A DNA stretch of 32,000 nt from Hyperthermus butylicus DSM 5456 (GTDB taxonomy: Archaea > Thermoproteota > Thermoprotei_A > Sulfolobales > Pyrodictiaceae), in NCBI RefSeq assembly GCF_000015145.1, contig NC_008818.1, positions 1,410,001 through 1,442,000 of the forward strand, read 5' to 3'. Of the stretch, positions 9,205 through 17,527 are shown one piece after another. Numbering within the stretch: position 1 is the stretch's first letter; every line of letters starts with the position of its first letter. The position numbers and the translations under genes were made by a program. Below the pieces are notes generated by a model, which had not been told where the DNA came from, searched no databases, and saw nothing but the letters and a program-made list of their open reading frames with translations.

Positions 9205-10734
9205 TCACTGGCCAGCCTTCACCACCTCCATACCGCCCATTAGAAGGCCAAGCTTCTCCTCGGTAAGCTCCTCGGGCCGAGCTATCGCTGTAAACCTTCC
9301 AGCGTACATTACTGCTACGCGGTCGCTAAGCTGTAGCACCTCGTCAGTGTCGGCTGACACTAGAAGCACTGCATGGCCCATGCTGCGCAGCTTCACCAGC
9401 AGCCTCCGGATATACTCTGTAGCTGCGACATCCAGGCCCCGCGTGGGCTGCGCAGCGATAACAAGTTTCGGCTGCTTAGATAGCTCGCGGCCGACCAGTA
9501 GCTTCTGCTGGTTGCCGCCGCTAAGGTAGCGTACTGGACTCCGGAAACCAGGCGCGACAACATCATACTCCTCTATAATCTTCTTGGCGTGCTCTGTCAC
9601 TGCTTTCCAGCTTATAACGCCTAGTCTCCGGGTAAACCTGGGCCATCGATGCATGCCTAGAACACTGTTCTCAGCCACTGACATGTCGAGTATTAGCCCC
9701 ATAGCTTGCCTGTCCTCGGGTATGTGGGCCAGGCCGAGCTTGTAGAGCTCCGATGGCTCCATGTTGGTTACATCTCTACCCAGGAGTATTATCCTGCCCT
9801 TTTCGACTCTCCGGAGCCCGGTGAGTGCCTGTACAAGCTCTGACTGGCCGTTGCCCTCAACGCCAGCTATGCCGAATATCTCCCCAGCCCGTACCTCAAA
9901 GCTTACACCCTTCACGGCCCAGGAGCCGGTATCACCCCTAACCCATAGATCCTCGACACGTAACACAACATCCCCCAGCTTCGATGGAGGCTTCTCGATT
10001 CGCAGGAAGACCTCGCGGCCAACCATCATCCTTGCAAGCATCTTTGGCTCAGCCTTCTCCCTCGGAACCTCCCCGACGACACGTCCCCTCCTCATGACGA
10101 CTATGCGGTCAGCTATTTCGAGAACCTCCCTCAGTTTATGCGTAATGAATACGACCGATTTCCCCGAGTCGCGGAGCCTCTTCAGGGCCTGGAAGAGGAT
10201 CCTAGTCTCGATTGGTGTAAGGTTTGTCGTTGGCTCGTCGAGTATCAGCACGTCCACGCGGCGGTAGAGCATCCTGAGTATCTCTATCCTCTGCCTCTCG
10301 CCGAAGGATAGCTGCTCGACGGGAACGTCGAGCCGGACGCGGAGCCCAGTCTCCTCCATAAGTTTCTCGATGTGCTCGCGCGCGTTGCTCAGCTCCTGGC
10401 CCCCAAGCCCTAGCACTATGTTCTCGTAGGCCGTGAATACGGGTACGAGGGCGAGGTGTTGGTGCACCATGCCTATACCGTTGCGTAGAGCATCGGCTGC
10501 AGAGTGGAAAACCACGCGGCGTCCACGGAGGTATATCTCGCCACGGGTTGGCTTGAGAAAGCCTGCCAGAATCTTCATGAGCGTTGTTTTCCCGGCACCA
10601 TTCTCGCCTAGGAGTCCAAGGATCTCGCCGGGGTAAACGTCTATACTGACGCCTCGAAGGGCAACCGTGCCATCCGGATATATTTTCACTATGTCCCTCA
10701 TGGATACCAGCGGGCTGCGATTGACTGACGGCAA
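9205..10734 (-). CDS. ABC transporter ATP-binding protein, duplicated ABC domains (nucleoside/simple sugar type)
   Basis: Domain 1 has GENGAGKTT and VLILDEPTTNLTP. Domain 2 has GVEGNGQSE, YLSGGNQQKLLVGREL and QPTRGLD, as usual for this family. The true start may be ATG at 10701 (MRDIVKIYPDG). Confidence 0.93.
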   Translation of the reverse strand: MPSVNRSPLVSMRDIVKIYPDGTVALRGVSIDVYPGEILGLLGENGAGKTTLMKILAGFLKPTRGEIYLRGRRVVFHSAADALRNGIGMVHQHLALVPVFTAYENIVLGLGGQELSNAREHIEKLMEETGLRVRLDVPVEQLSFGERQRIEILRMLYRRVDVLILDEPTTNLTPIETRILFQALKRLRDSGKSVVFITHKLREVLEIADRIVVMRRGRVVGEVPREKAEPKMLARMMVGREVFLRIEKPPSKLGDVVLRVEDLWVRGDTGSWAVKGVSFEVRAGEIFGIAGVEGNGQSELVQALTGLRRVEKGRIILLGRDVTNMEPSELYKLGLAHIPEDRQAMGLILDMSVAENSVLGMHRWPRFTRRLGVISWKAVTEHAKKIIEEYDVVAPGFRSPVRYLSGGNQQKLLVGRELSKQPKLVIAAQPTRGLDVAATEYIRRLLVKLRSMGHAVLLVSADTDEVLQLSDRVAVMYAGRFTAIARPEELTEEKLGLLMGGMEVVKAGQ

Positions 10735-10837
10735 GGGGCAGCCACGTCCCCTTTGAGTCGTCTCGGTTAGAAGGGAGGAGAGGGGCTAGAGGGAAAAAGG
10801 GGACTCGGTCCGGGATGTTTAATCGTGAGAGTGAACG

Positions 10838-12229
10838 CTAGCCTACCTTTAGCTTGTCTCTAATCTCCTTTATCTCCTTGCTGTCGAGTGGTATCATCTT
10901 CTCGATATCGCTGAACTTGAGTCCATATACCTCAATATCCTTGTTGGTCTTCAGTGTATCGCCGAGCTTGTAGGCCTCCTCCCATATCCAGTCTGGTATC
11001 TGCTCCCTCATCGCCTTAACCTTCTCGTAGATCTCCTGCTTCTGTTCGGGCTTTATTGTGCCGGCTTCGACCGCCATGTTTAGGAATGTCTCGAGGTCCT
11101 CGAGCTTGCTGAGTGCAACGCCACCCTCGGCTAGGCCTAGCTCTAGGACTCCACCGTATTGGTCCACCTTGCCGTTGTAGTAGTCTAGCGCCCTCTTTAC
11201 AGCAGTGTAGACGCCGACATCGACGCGCTTCATCATGCTAGCGATTATGAATCCGGGCTTGATCCAGTCCTGGTCCGCGTCGACGCCGATGGCGAATGGT
11301 GGGCCCATGTCCTTGCCCTCTCTCTTGGCAGCCTCCTCTACGGCCTCGAATATGCCTAGGCCGGTCGCGCCAGCAACGTTGTAGACTATGCAGGCGCCCT
11401 GTGCCAGCTGGGCCTCAGTGGCCTGCTTGCCCTTAGCTGGGTCGTTGAAGGTGCCGGTGTATGTGAAGAATATCTTTAGTGGCTCGACCTGCTGGCCGGT
11501 GTGCTGCTCATAGATCTTCTCGCCGTACCTTATACCCCAGTAGTAACCTGCCTCGAACTTGTACAGCACAGGGATCTCCATGCCTAGCACTACGCCTACG
11601 GCCTTGCAGCCATAGTAGTGGGCTAGCATGCCTGCCAGGGCTCCGGCGAGCGCGCTACCCTCGTGCTCCTTGAATAGCACGCTTAGCACGTTAGGCTTAC
11701 CCTCAATGTAGCCGTCGATTATGGCGAATAGCTGGTCTGGATGCTCGTCCGCAACCTGCTTGACAGCGTCGGTCATTAGGAAGCCCACAGCTACTATTAC
11801 GGCACACTTGCCGCTCCTAGCTAGCGTTCTAAGGTTTGGCAGGTAGTCTGACTCGCTGGTACTCTGAACCTCCACCAGATCGAGGCCAAAGTCCTTAGCA
11901 GCCTTGCTGGCGCCCAGGTATGCCATGTCGTTGAAGCTTAGGTCTCCACGGCCACCAATGTCGTAGACTACGCAGATCTTGTTGCGGCCACCGAGCTCTC
12001 TAGCAGGCAGCTGCTGGGATGCCTCCTCGGCAGGCATCTCCTCGGCATGCTGCATCGTGGTAGACTCTGTGGCGTGCTCTACGGCGTGGTGTTCCGTTGT
12101 CTGTGTGGTTGTCGTCTGCTCGGTGGGGGTCACAGTCTTCTCTTCTTCGGGCCTTGTGGCGAAGTAGACTGCTACGCCGGCAACGATAATTATAATTACA
12201 ATTGAAGCAACGAGGATGGTTTTGTTCAC
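10838..12229 (-). CDS. BMP-family (PnrA-like) extracellular solute-binding protein, TM-anchored
   Basis: MNKTILVASIVIIIIVAGVAVYF is an N-terminal anchor, followed by a Thr/Glu/His-rich linker and KICVVYDIGGRGDLSFNDMAYLGA...FAIGVDADQDW. A GGAGGGTG Shine-Dalgarno-like sequence precedes GTG at 12229, so this start is preferred over 12259. Confidence 0.9.
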   Translation of the reverse strand: MNKTILVASIVIIIIVAGVAVYFATRPEEEKTVTPTEQTTTTQTTEHHAVEHATESTTMQHAEEMPAEEASQQLPARELGGRNKICVVYDIGGRGDLSFNDMAYLGASKAAKDFGLDLVEVQSTSESDYLPNLRTLARSGKCAVIVAVGFLMTDAVKQVADEHPDQLFAIIDGYIEGKPNVLSVLFKEHEGSALAGALAGMLAHYYGCKAVGVVLGMEIPVLYKFEAGYYWGIRYGEKIYEQHTGQQVEPLKIFFTYTGTFNDPAKGKQATEAQLAQGACIVYNVAGATGLGIFEAVEEAAKREGKDMGPPFAIGVDADQDWIKPGFIIASMMKRVDVGVYTAVKRALDYYNGKVDQYGGVLELGLAEGGVALSKLEDLETFLNMAVEAGTIKPEQKQEIYEKVKAMREQIPDWIWEEAYKLGDTLKTNKDIEVYGLKFSDIEKMIPLDSKEIKEIRDKLKVG

Positions 12230-12280
12230 TTTGCTCACCCTCCGGCCCGGCTTATCCACGTAGGCTAGTTGCAGGGACCG

Positions 12281-12290
12281 GCTTTAAAGT
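12281..12290 (-). promoter_or_regulatory. Candidate TATA box of the BMP transporter operon
   Basis: The reverse strand reads acaaCTTTAAAGccgg about 55 nt upstream of GTG 12229. Confidence 0.35.
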
Positions 12291-12299
12291 TGTGAGCAG

Positions 12300-13274
12300 C
12301 TAGCCCTGGCAAAGCCCTGCAAGCTCTTCTGCCAGCTTTTCAGCGCCGTTGGGATATTGTGGCGGCCTACGCTTCCCAGCCTCCTCTATGGCCCTGGCTA
12401 GCTCTTCCACCGTAGGCTCGCCCTCTATGAGGATCGCGTTGAGCTTCATGGCGAATGCCTCGGCGTCCCCTGGTTTGAGCCCAGCCGTCCTCCCAAGCAT
12501 GGGATTGTAGACTATGACGACTGGCTTCCCGTAGGTGAGAGCCGCCTCAACAGCCGTGTGGCCGAGATGCGTAACAACAACCCTGGCACCGGCGAGCCAG
12601 CGGTGGAAGTCAGGGTCGAAGCGGAAGACTGTAAGGCCCGGCCTTCGGGGGAGCTTTTCGGGGTCTACAAGCCTACCAGTCTGCACCACGACATGGTCGT
12701 AGGGGAGTCTCGCAGCAGCCTCTACGAGGCCTGGGTAGCCGAGAGTACCAGTTGCTATGAGCACGTAGCCCCCATCCCGGGGCGGGTAGCGTGGTCTTGG
12801 GTAGAAGGGGCCGTAGACCACGCCTTGTGAGTGTAGCTTCCTCTGCTCCTCCCACTGCAATACAACGCGATCAGCGATAGGTGCTAGTAGCCGGGCGGTA
12901 GCGCTGGGAGCCACAAACCGAACAATATCCTCCACAACGTATAGCCGTGCACCCCTCAGCTTTGCAGTCACAGCCGGGGCTATGCTGAGGTTCGAGCCTA
13001 GGCTCACGAGGGCACAGAGCCCCTTGGGGAGCCGGCGGAGCGAAACCATGAGAGCCCTTGGGGCCCTAAGTGCGGCGGCGAGCCGGGAGTCTGTGGGAGT
13101 ACGTAGCAGAGGCACCTCGACAACACGGTGGCCCTGGAACCTGGCCCGTGTCCACTCGTCGCCCTCAGCAATAACCGCTACAACCTCAACGCCATGCCGT
13201 ACCAGCTCCTCGGCTAGGGCTAGCGCGCGGCCCGAGTGGCCGCCCCTAGCAGCTGTCACCGCGACAACAGCCAA
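12300..13274 (-). CDS. Fused Alg14-like/Alg13-like glycosyltransferase
   Basis: N-terminal half: VVAVTAARGGHSGRALALAEEL...RLYVVEDIVRF (Alg14/PssD-like). C-terminal half: GYVLIATGTLGYPGLVEAA...VVVQTGR...VVVTHLGHTAVEAALTYGKPVVIV (Alg13/PssE-like). Confidence 0.75.
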   Translation of the reverse strand: MAVVAVTAARGGHSGRALALAEELVRHGVEVVAVIAEGDEWTRARFQGHRVVEVPLLRTPTDSRLAAALRAPRALMVSLRRLPKGLCALVSLGSNLSIAPAVTAKLRGARLYVVEDIVRFVAPSATARLLAPIADRVVLQWEEQRKLHSQGVVYGPFYPRPRYPPRDGGYVLIATGTLGYPGLVEAAARLPYDHVVVQTGRLVDPEKLPRRPGLTVFRFDPDFHRWLAGARVVVTHLGHTAVEAALTYGKPVVIVYNPMLGRTAGLKPGDAEAFAMKLNAILIEGEPTVEELARAIEEAGKRRPPQYPNGAEKLAEELAGLCQG

Positions 13275-13393
13275 GGCCCTTGCTCCTCTCGTGGCTGGCT
13301 ACGCGGGTCCATGGGCTTCCCGGTGGCTGGCCGCTCCCCAGATAAACCTCGCCTAGGCCTCGTAGCCTTGAGGCTGGGGGCCGGTAGGGGGTC

Positions 13394-14755
13394 TTGCAGC
13401 CCGGCAGCTGGCTAGACGAGCTTAGGGAGAAGCTACGGGAAAACCGTGTAGTGGTAGGCGTTGTAGGCCTCGGCTACGTGGGGCTCCCGCTCTCCCTCCT
13501 CTACGCCTCCAAGGGGTTCCGCGTCATAGGCTACGATATCGACCAGGGAAGGGTTGAGGCAATACGTAGGGGGCGCTCCTACATAAACTACATTCCCGAC
13601 CACGAGGTAGCCAGGGTCGTCAAGGAGGGCCTACTCGAAGCCTACACGAGCCCGGAGCCGCTCCACGAAGCAGACTTCATACTCGTAACGGTGCCTACAC
13701 CGCTCCGCTGCAACGGCCTACCAGACTTGAGCTATGTGAGGAGCGCTGCTAGGAGTGTTGGCAGGGTGCTCCGCCGCGGCCAGGTAGTGGTATTGGAGAG
13801 TTCCACGTACCCCGGCACGACGAGGGAGGTGCTGGCGCCGATACTTGAGGAGGAGAGCGGCCTACGCGTCGTGAGGGACTTTGGTGTAGCCTACTCCCCG
13901 GAGAGGATCAATCCCGGCGATACCAGGTATAAGCTAGAGGATATACCCAAGGTAGTCGGCGGCATCACACCTGAGATAACCGATATAGTGGCAGAGTTCT
14001 ACTCAAAAGCGTTCAAGTATGTCGTAAAGGTGAAGGATTGTAAGACGGCTGAGGCCACCAAGATGCTCGAGAACATGTTCCGCTACATAAACATAGCACT
14101 TGTGAACGAGCTTGCAGTAGCCTTCGAGAAGATGGGGATAAATGTCTGGGAGGTCATAGAGGCAGCGAAGACAAAACCATTCGGCTTCATGGCATTCTAC
14201 CCCGGGCCCGGTGTTGGCGGCCACTGCATCCCCGTAGACCCATTCTACCTCCGCTACAGCGCCTGGCGCCACGGCGCAGTCCTACGCCTCGTAGAGGTGG
14301 CAGCCTCTATCAACAACTACATGCCAGTACATGTTGTCAACCTCGTCGAGGAGGGCCTTGCAAAGCTAGGCAAGAGGATTAGGGGGGCCCGGGTAGCAGT
14401 TCTAGGCCTTGCCTACAAGCCCGATGTCAACGACGCCAGGGAATCCCCTTCAATAAGAATCATCGAAGAGCTAGTGGAGCGGGGCGCAGTTGTTAGGGTT
14501 CACGACCCCCTGGTAGAGAGTGTTAAGACAGTCTACGGAGTCTTCCAGAGCACTGTGGACCCCCTCGAGCTAGTAGGCTGGGCCGATGCTGTTGTAATAG
14601 CTGTCAACCATACAGCCTACCACAGCAAGGAGCTCGTGACAAAGCTGCTCAACCCAGGTAAGGAGCTAGTAGTGGTTGACACGAGGAACCTTCTGAGCGG
14701 CGCTAGGCCGGGGCCGGGTGTGGTACTGCTAAGGCTTGGAGCCCCCCACAGCTAG
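13394..14755 (+). CDS. UDP-N-acetyl-hexosamine 6-dehydrogenase (WbpA/WecC-like)
   Basis: VVGVVGLGYVGLPLSLLYASKGFRVIGYDID, YSPERINPGDTRY, GPGVGGHCIPVDPFYL, VLGLAYKPDVNDARESPS. Confidence 0.93.
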   Translation: MQPGSWLDELREKLRENRVVVGVVGLGYVGLPLSLLYASKGFRVIGYDIDQGRVEAIRRGRSYINYIPDHEVARVVKEGLLEAYTSPEPLHEADFILVTVPTPLRCNGLPDLSYVRSAARSVGRVLRRGQVVVLESSTYPGTTREVLAPILEEESGLRVVRDFGVAYSPERINPGDTRYKLEDIPKVVGGITPEITDIVAEFYSKAFKYVVKVKDCKTAEATKMLENMFRYINIALVNELAVAFEKMGINVWEVIEAAKTKPFGFMAFYPGPGVGGHCIPVDPFYLRYSAWRHGAVLRLVEVAASINNYMPVHVVNLVEEGLAKLGKRIRGARVAVLGLAYKPDVNDARESPSIRIIEELVERGAVVRVHDPLVESVKTVYGVFQSTVDPLELVGWADAVVIAVNHTAYHSKELVTKLLNPGKELVVVDTRNLLSGARPGPGVVLLRLGAPHS

Positions 14756-14969
14756 GCCTAGCAGCCTCAGCAGCATCATCCTAGCCCAGGAGTTAGTGCT
14801 AGCACAAGCCCCGTATAGGCCGGCGAGAAGCACAGACAAGGCCAGGGAATAGGGAGATATTACCTCCGCGAAGTGGCTCGGTCGCCAGACACCCTGCTAC
14901 CGTTAGAGCCACGGGCAAGCCTATGTAGGGGCTCGCACTCCATAACATTCCCTGGGGTGCAGCGTCCCC

Positions 14970-15875
14970 TTGGCGCAGCTAGAGGTTAGAGAGCCACAGG
15001 CAGGCATATGGGGCTTCTACCCCCTCAACCGAGGCGAGCTTCTGAGGACCATTGAGGCATGCCTTCTCGACAAGCGGTTTGGGCCCGGCAGGCTCCCGGA
15101 TAGAAATGCCAGGCCGCGCTATACACCGGTTGGCGGTGTGGTTCCGCATGCTGGCTACAGCTATTCTGGACCCTGCGCAGCCCACCTCTACCTGGAACTC
15201 GCCGAGAACGCCCCAGAGGTGGACACTGTAGTCGTAATGGGAACCAACCATACAGGCTACGGCGGCGTCTACACTACAACCACGAGGTATAAGGCTTGGG
15301 CTACACCGCTGGGCACGGTGGAGACCGATATAGAGTTTATAGAGCTGCTTAAGAAGCTCTACCCGCGCCTAGAGGACGACTACCTAGCACACATGAGGGA
15401 GCACAGCATCGAGGTTGAGCTACCCTTCCTACAGTACATCTACGGCAACAACTTCAAGCTAGTGCCCATAGTAGTGAAGGAGCCCAGTGAGAGGATGGCC
15501 CGGGAAATGGCGGAAGCCGTGAAGAGAGCTGCAGAGGAGCTAGGCCGGAGGATACTCGTAATAGCCTCCTCCGACTTCACCCACCACGGCTACATGTACG
15601 ACTATGTACTCTTCACCGAGAACGTTAGGGAGAACGTGGCAAAGCTGGACATGGCAATTATAGAGCATATACTGCGGTTGGACACCAAGGGCTTCCTTGA
15701 AACCATATACCGGTACGGCGCCACGGTTTGCGGCTACGGAGCCATAGCAACCCTCATAGAGTATGCGAAACTTGAGGGGGCTAGAGCGAAGCTGCTAAAG
15801 TACTATAACTCTGCCGACGTAACCGGCGACGAGGCAGCCGTCGTCGGGTATGCTGCAATACTCTTCCACTTATAA
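14970..15875 (+). CDS. MEMO1 family protein (AmmeMemoRadiSam system protein B-like)
   Basis: VREPQAGIWGFYP, GGVVPHAGYSYSGPCAAHLY, VVMGTNHTGYG, EHSIEVELPFLQY, IASSDFTHHGYMY. Confidence 0.9.
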   Translation: MAQLEVREPQAGIWGFYPLNRGELLRTIEACLLDKRFGPGRLPDRNARPRYTPVGGVVPHAGYSYSGPCAAHLYLELAENAPEVDTVVVMGTNHTGYGGVYTTTTRYKAWATPLGTVETDIEFIELLKKLYPRLEDDYLAHMREHSIEVELPFLQYIYGNNFKLVPIVVKEPSERMAREMAEAVKRAAEELGRRILVIASSDFTHHGYMYDYVLFTENVRENVAKLDMAIIEHILRLDTKGFLETIYRYGATVCGYGAIATLIEYAKLEGARAKLLKYYNSADVTGDEAAVVGYAAILFHL

Positions 15876-15999
15876 GCGAGACAAATCCTCTAGCCATAAT
15901 GTTCCAGCTTAAACCCTAGCTATAAACCCTGCTCTACTAGCCTGTGACACACTCCACAAAACATCTGTGGCGTACGAATACTTGTAGGTAGTACCTGGT

Positions 16000-16290
16000 A
16001 TGTGCCTAGCAGCCTGGCTCCGGCGTGTCGCCCCCGGCGCATACTCAATACTCTCTGGCATAGCCAGAGCTGAGTATGGAGTAGAATTCTCCGAGCTTAG
16101 CTGCGAGGAGCAGTTCGACCTACTCCACACGTACATGCCCCACTTGTACCGTGTAGCCGAAAAGTCGTTCCGCAGGTTGAGGGACCGCGGTAGGAGGAAG
16201 TTTATTAGGAGAATATCCTCAGCCTCCTCGTATACTCGAGCACCTCCTTGTTATAGTCTAGAGTCCAGTCTCCCGTCCGCGGGTCTATAA
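16000..16290 (+). CDS. Possible small hypothetical protein
   Basis: The 96-aa ORF has a protein-like composition (EYGVEFSELSCEEQFDLLHTYMPHLYRVAEKSFRRLRDRGRRK). It overlaps the 3' end of the opposite-strand 16205 ORF. There is no family support. Confidence 0.3.
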   Translation: MCLAAWLRRVAPGAYSILSGIARAEYGVEFSELSCEEQFDLLHTYMPHLYRVAEKSFRRLRDRGRRKFIRRISSASSYTRAPPCYSLESSLPSAGL

Positions 16291-17428
16291 ACTCGAATGG
16301 TAGCGGAAATGACGCCTGGTACACGGTGTGGTTAAACAACTCTATGTCGTCTGCAAACCGTGCTACTAGCTCGTAGAACACCTCTTCGGGCAGCAGCGCT
16401 GAAACCACTATTGCGTCGCCATGCTCCGGACTGTAGAGCATGTATCCAGTCGCCCGGTAGGCTGCCAGGAACCGGTACACCTCCATCACCGCGCCAGCTG
16501 CAACGCGGAATGCTACTGTACGGTGCACCCTCACCGGCTGTATCCAAACTCTGCCGAAAACACCGGTTTCTGCTAGGGAGCGGTAGTGCCGTAAGACGTA
16601 GCGGAAGCTGAGCCTCCTACCCCCAAACAAGTCTTCATCCCCGAACCTAGCTATGGACAGCACTTTTGTCGAGACATCGCGCAGGGTCAACAACGGGTTG
16701 AGGTCTATCGCCGAGGTTATCAAGGCATCTATAAACCTGAAACACCTGGCTGTAGGCTCACACCTTATTGAGAGCTGTCGCCTAACCTCAGCCTCCGGGT
16801 TCTCGATGCAGTCCAGTGACTTGACAAGTACCGTCTCGTAGCGGCCGAGTATCTCGAGCCCCTTAACCTTCTCGAGCATTGCTAGGAACTCGTTGGTGAG
16901 ACGGCGCGGAGACCGGAAGGTGACAAGCACAGTGCCGTCGGCGAAGGCTACAACCGATCCTACAAGCCTGTAGACCGGGTCGAAGCTGTCAAGGTTATTG
17001 TGGAGCTTGTTGAGGAACGATGTATCTGCTAGTGCCACGATGCTGGTTAGACCGAGGATGCTAATGCTACGCATGTGGGATGCGAGGAGCCCTGGCCGGA
17101 GAGATACGTAGTCGTAGATACAGCTCCTAAGCAGCTTCATAAGCTTAGAGTACATGCCACGGCTAGTGTAGCCTATGTAGCTTGTAATCTCCCTCCACTG
17201 CAGCCGGGGCTCGTAGCAGGTAAGCGCGTTAGCGAGCATGTCGAGGAGCGGGTACTGTTTCGCAGATTGCAAATCTGTTAAAAGTTTTCTACAAGCGTGA
17301 GGCAGAGTAGAAATTGTACTAGCAGAGCCCCTATATACCTGGTGAGGAGCCGGTGCCTCGAACATATCGCGCTCCAAAGATCCCATCCCTAGGTCCCAGA
17401 CCGATACCAGTACCAATGCCCTAAACAA
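16205..17428 (-). CDS. Hypothetical protein, possible N-terminal HTH plus repeated ligand-binding-like domains; start probably internal
   Basis: Long ORF with coherent composition. The first ~50 residues are unconvincing, and starts near 17245-17275 fit an HTH-like segment (LLDMLANALTCYEPRLQWREITSYIGYTSRGMYSKLMKLLRSC). C-terminal signature PFEFIDPRTGDW. Confidence 0.7.
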   Translation of the reverse strand: MFRALVLVSVWDLGMGSLERDMFEAPAPHQVYRGSASTISTLPHACRKLLTDLQSAKQYPLLDMLANALTCYEPRLQWREITSYIGYTSRGMYSKLMKLLRSCIYDYVSLRPGLLASHMRSISILGLTSIVALADTSFLNKLHNNLDSFDPVYRLVGSVVAFADGTVLVTFRSPRRLTNEFLAMLEKVKGLEILGRYETVLVKSLDCIENPEAEVRRQLSIRCEPTARCFRFIDALITSAIDLNPLLTLRDVSTKVLSIARFGDEDLFGGRRLSFRYVLRHYRSLAETGVFGRVWIQPVRVHRTVAFRVAAGAVMEVYRFLAAYRATGYMLYSPEHGDAIVVSALLPEEVFYELVARFADDIELFNHTVYQASFPLPFEFIDPRTGDWTLDYNKEVLEYTRRLRIFS

Positions 17429-17527
17429 ACAAGGACCACTAAACCCTAGGGAGAGGGACTCCCCGCCTTTTCCTATCCAATCCTCAGACGGATACGCTGG
17501 ATCCCATTATCTGCTGCGTAGCGTGGG

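Noticed and set aside
9205-10734. Degenerate second Walker A (GVEGNGQSE) and LSFGERQR signature in the dual ABC ATPase
   Set aside because: These variations are normal in this transporter family, unlike the G-to-E change in the orphan ATPase at 2133-2828.
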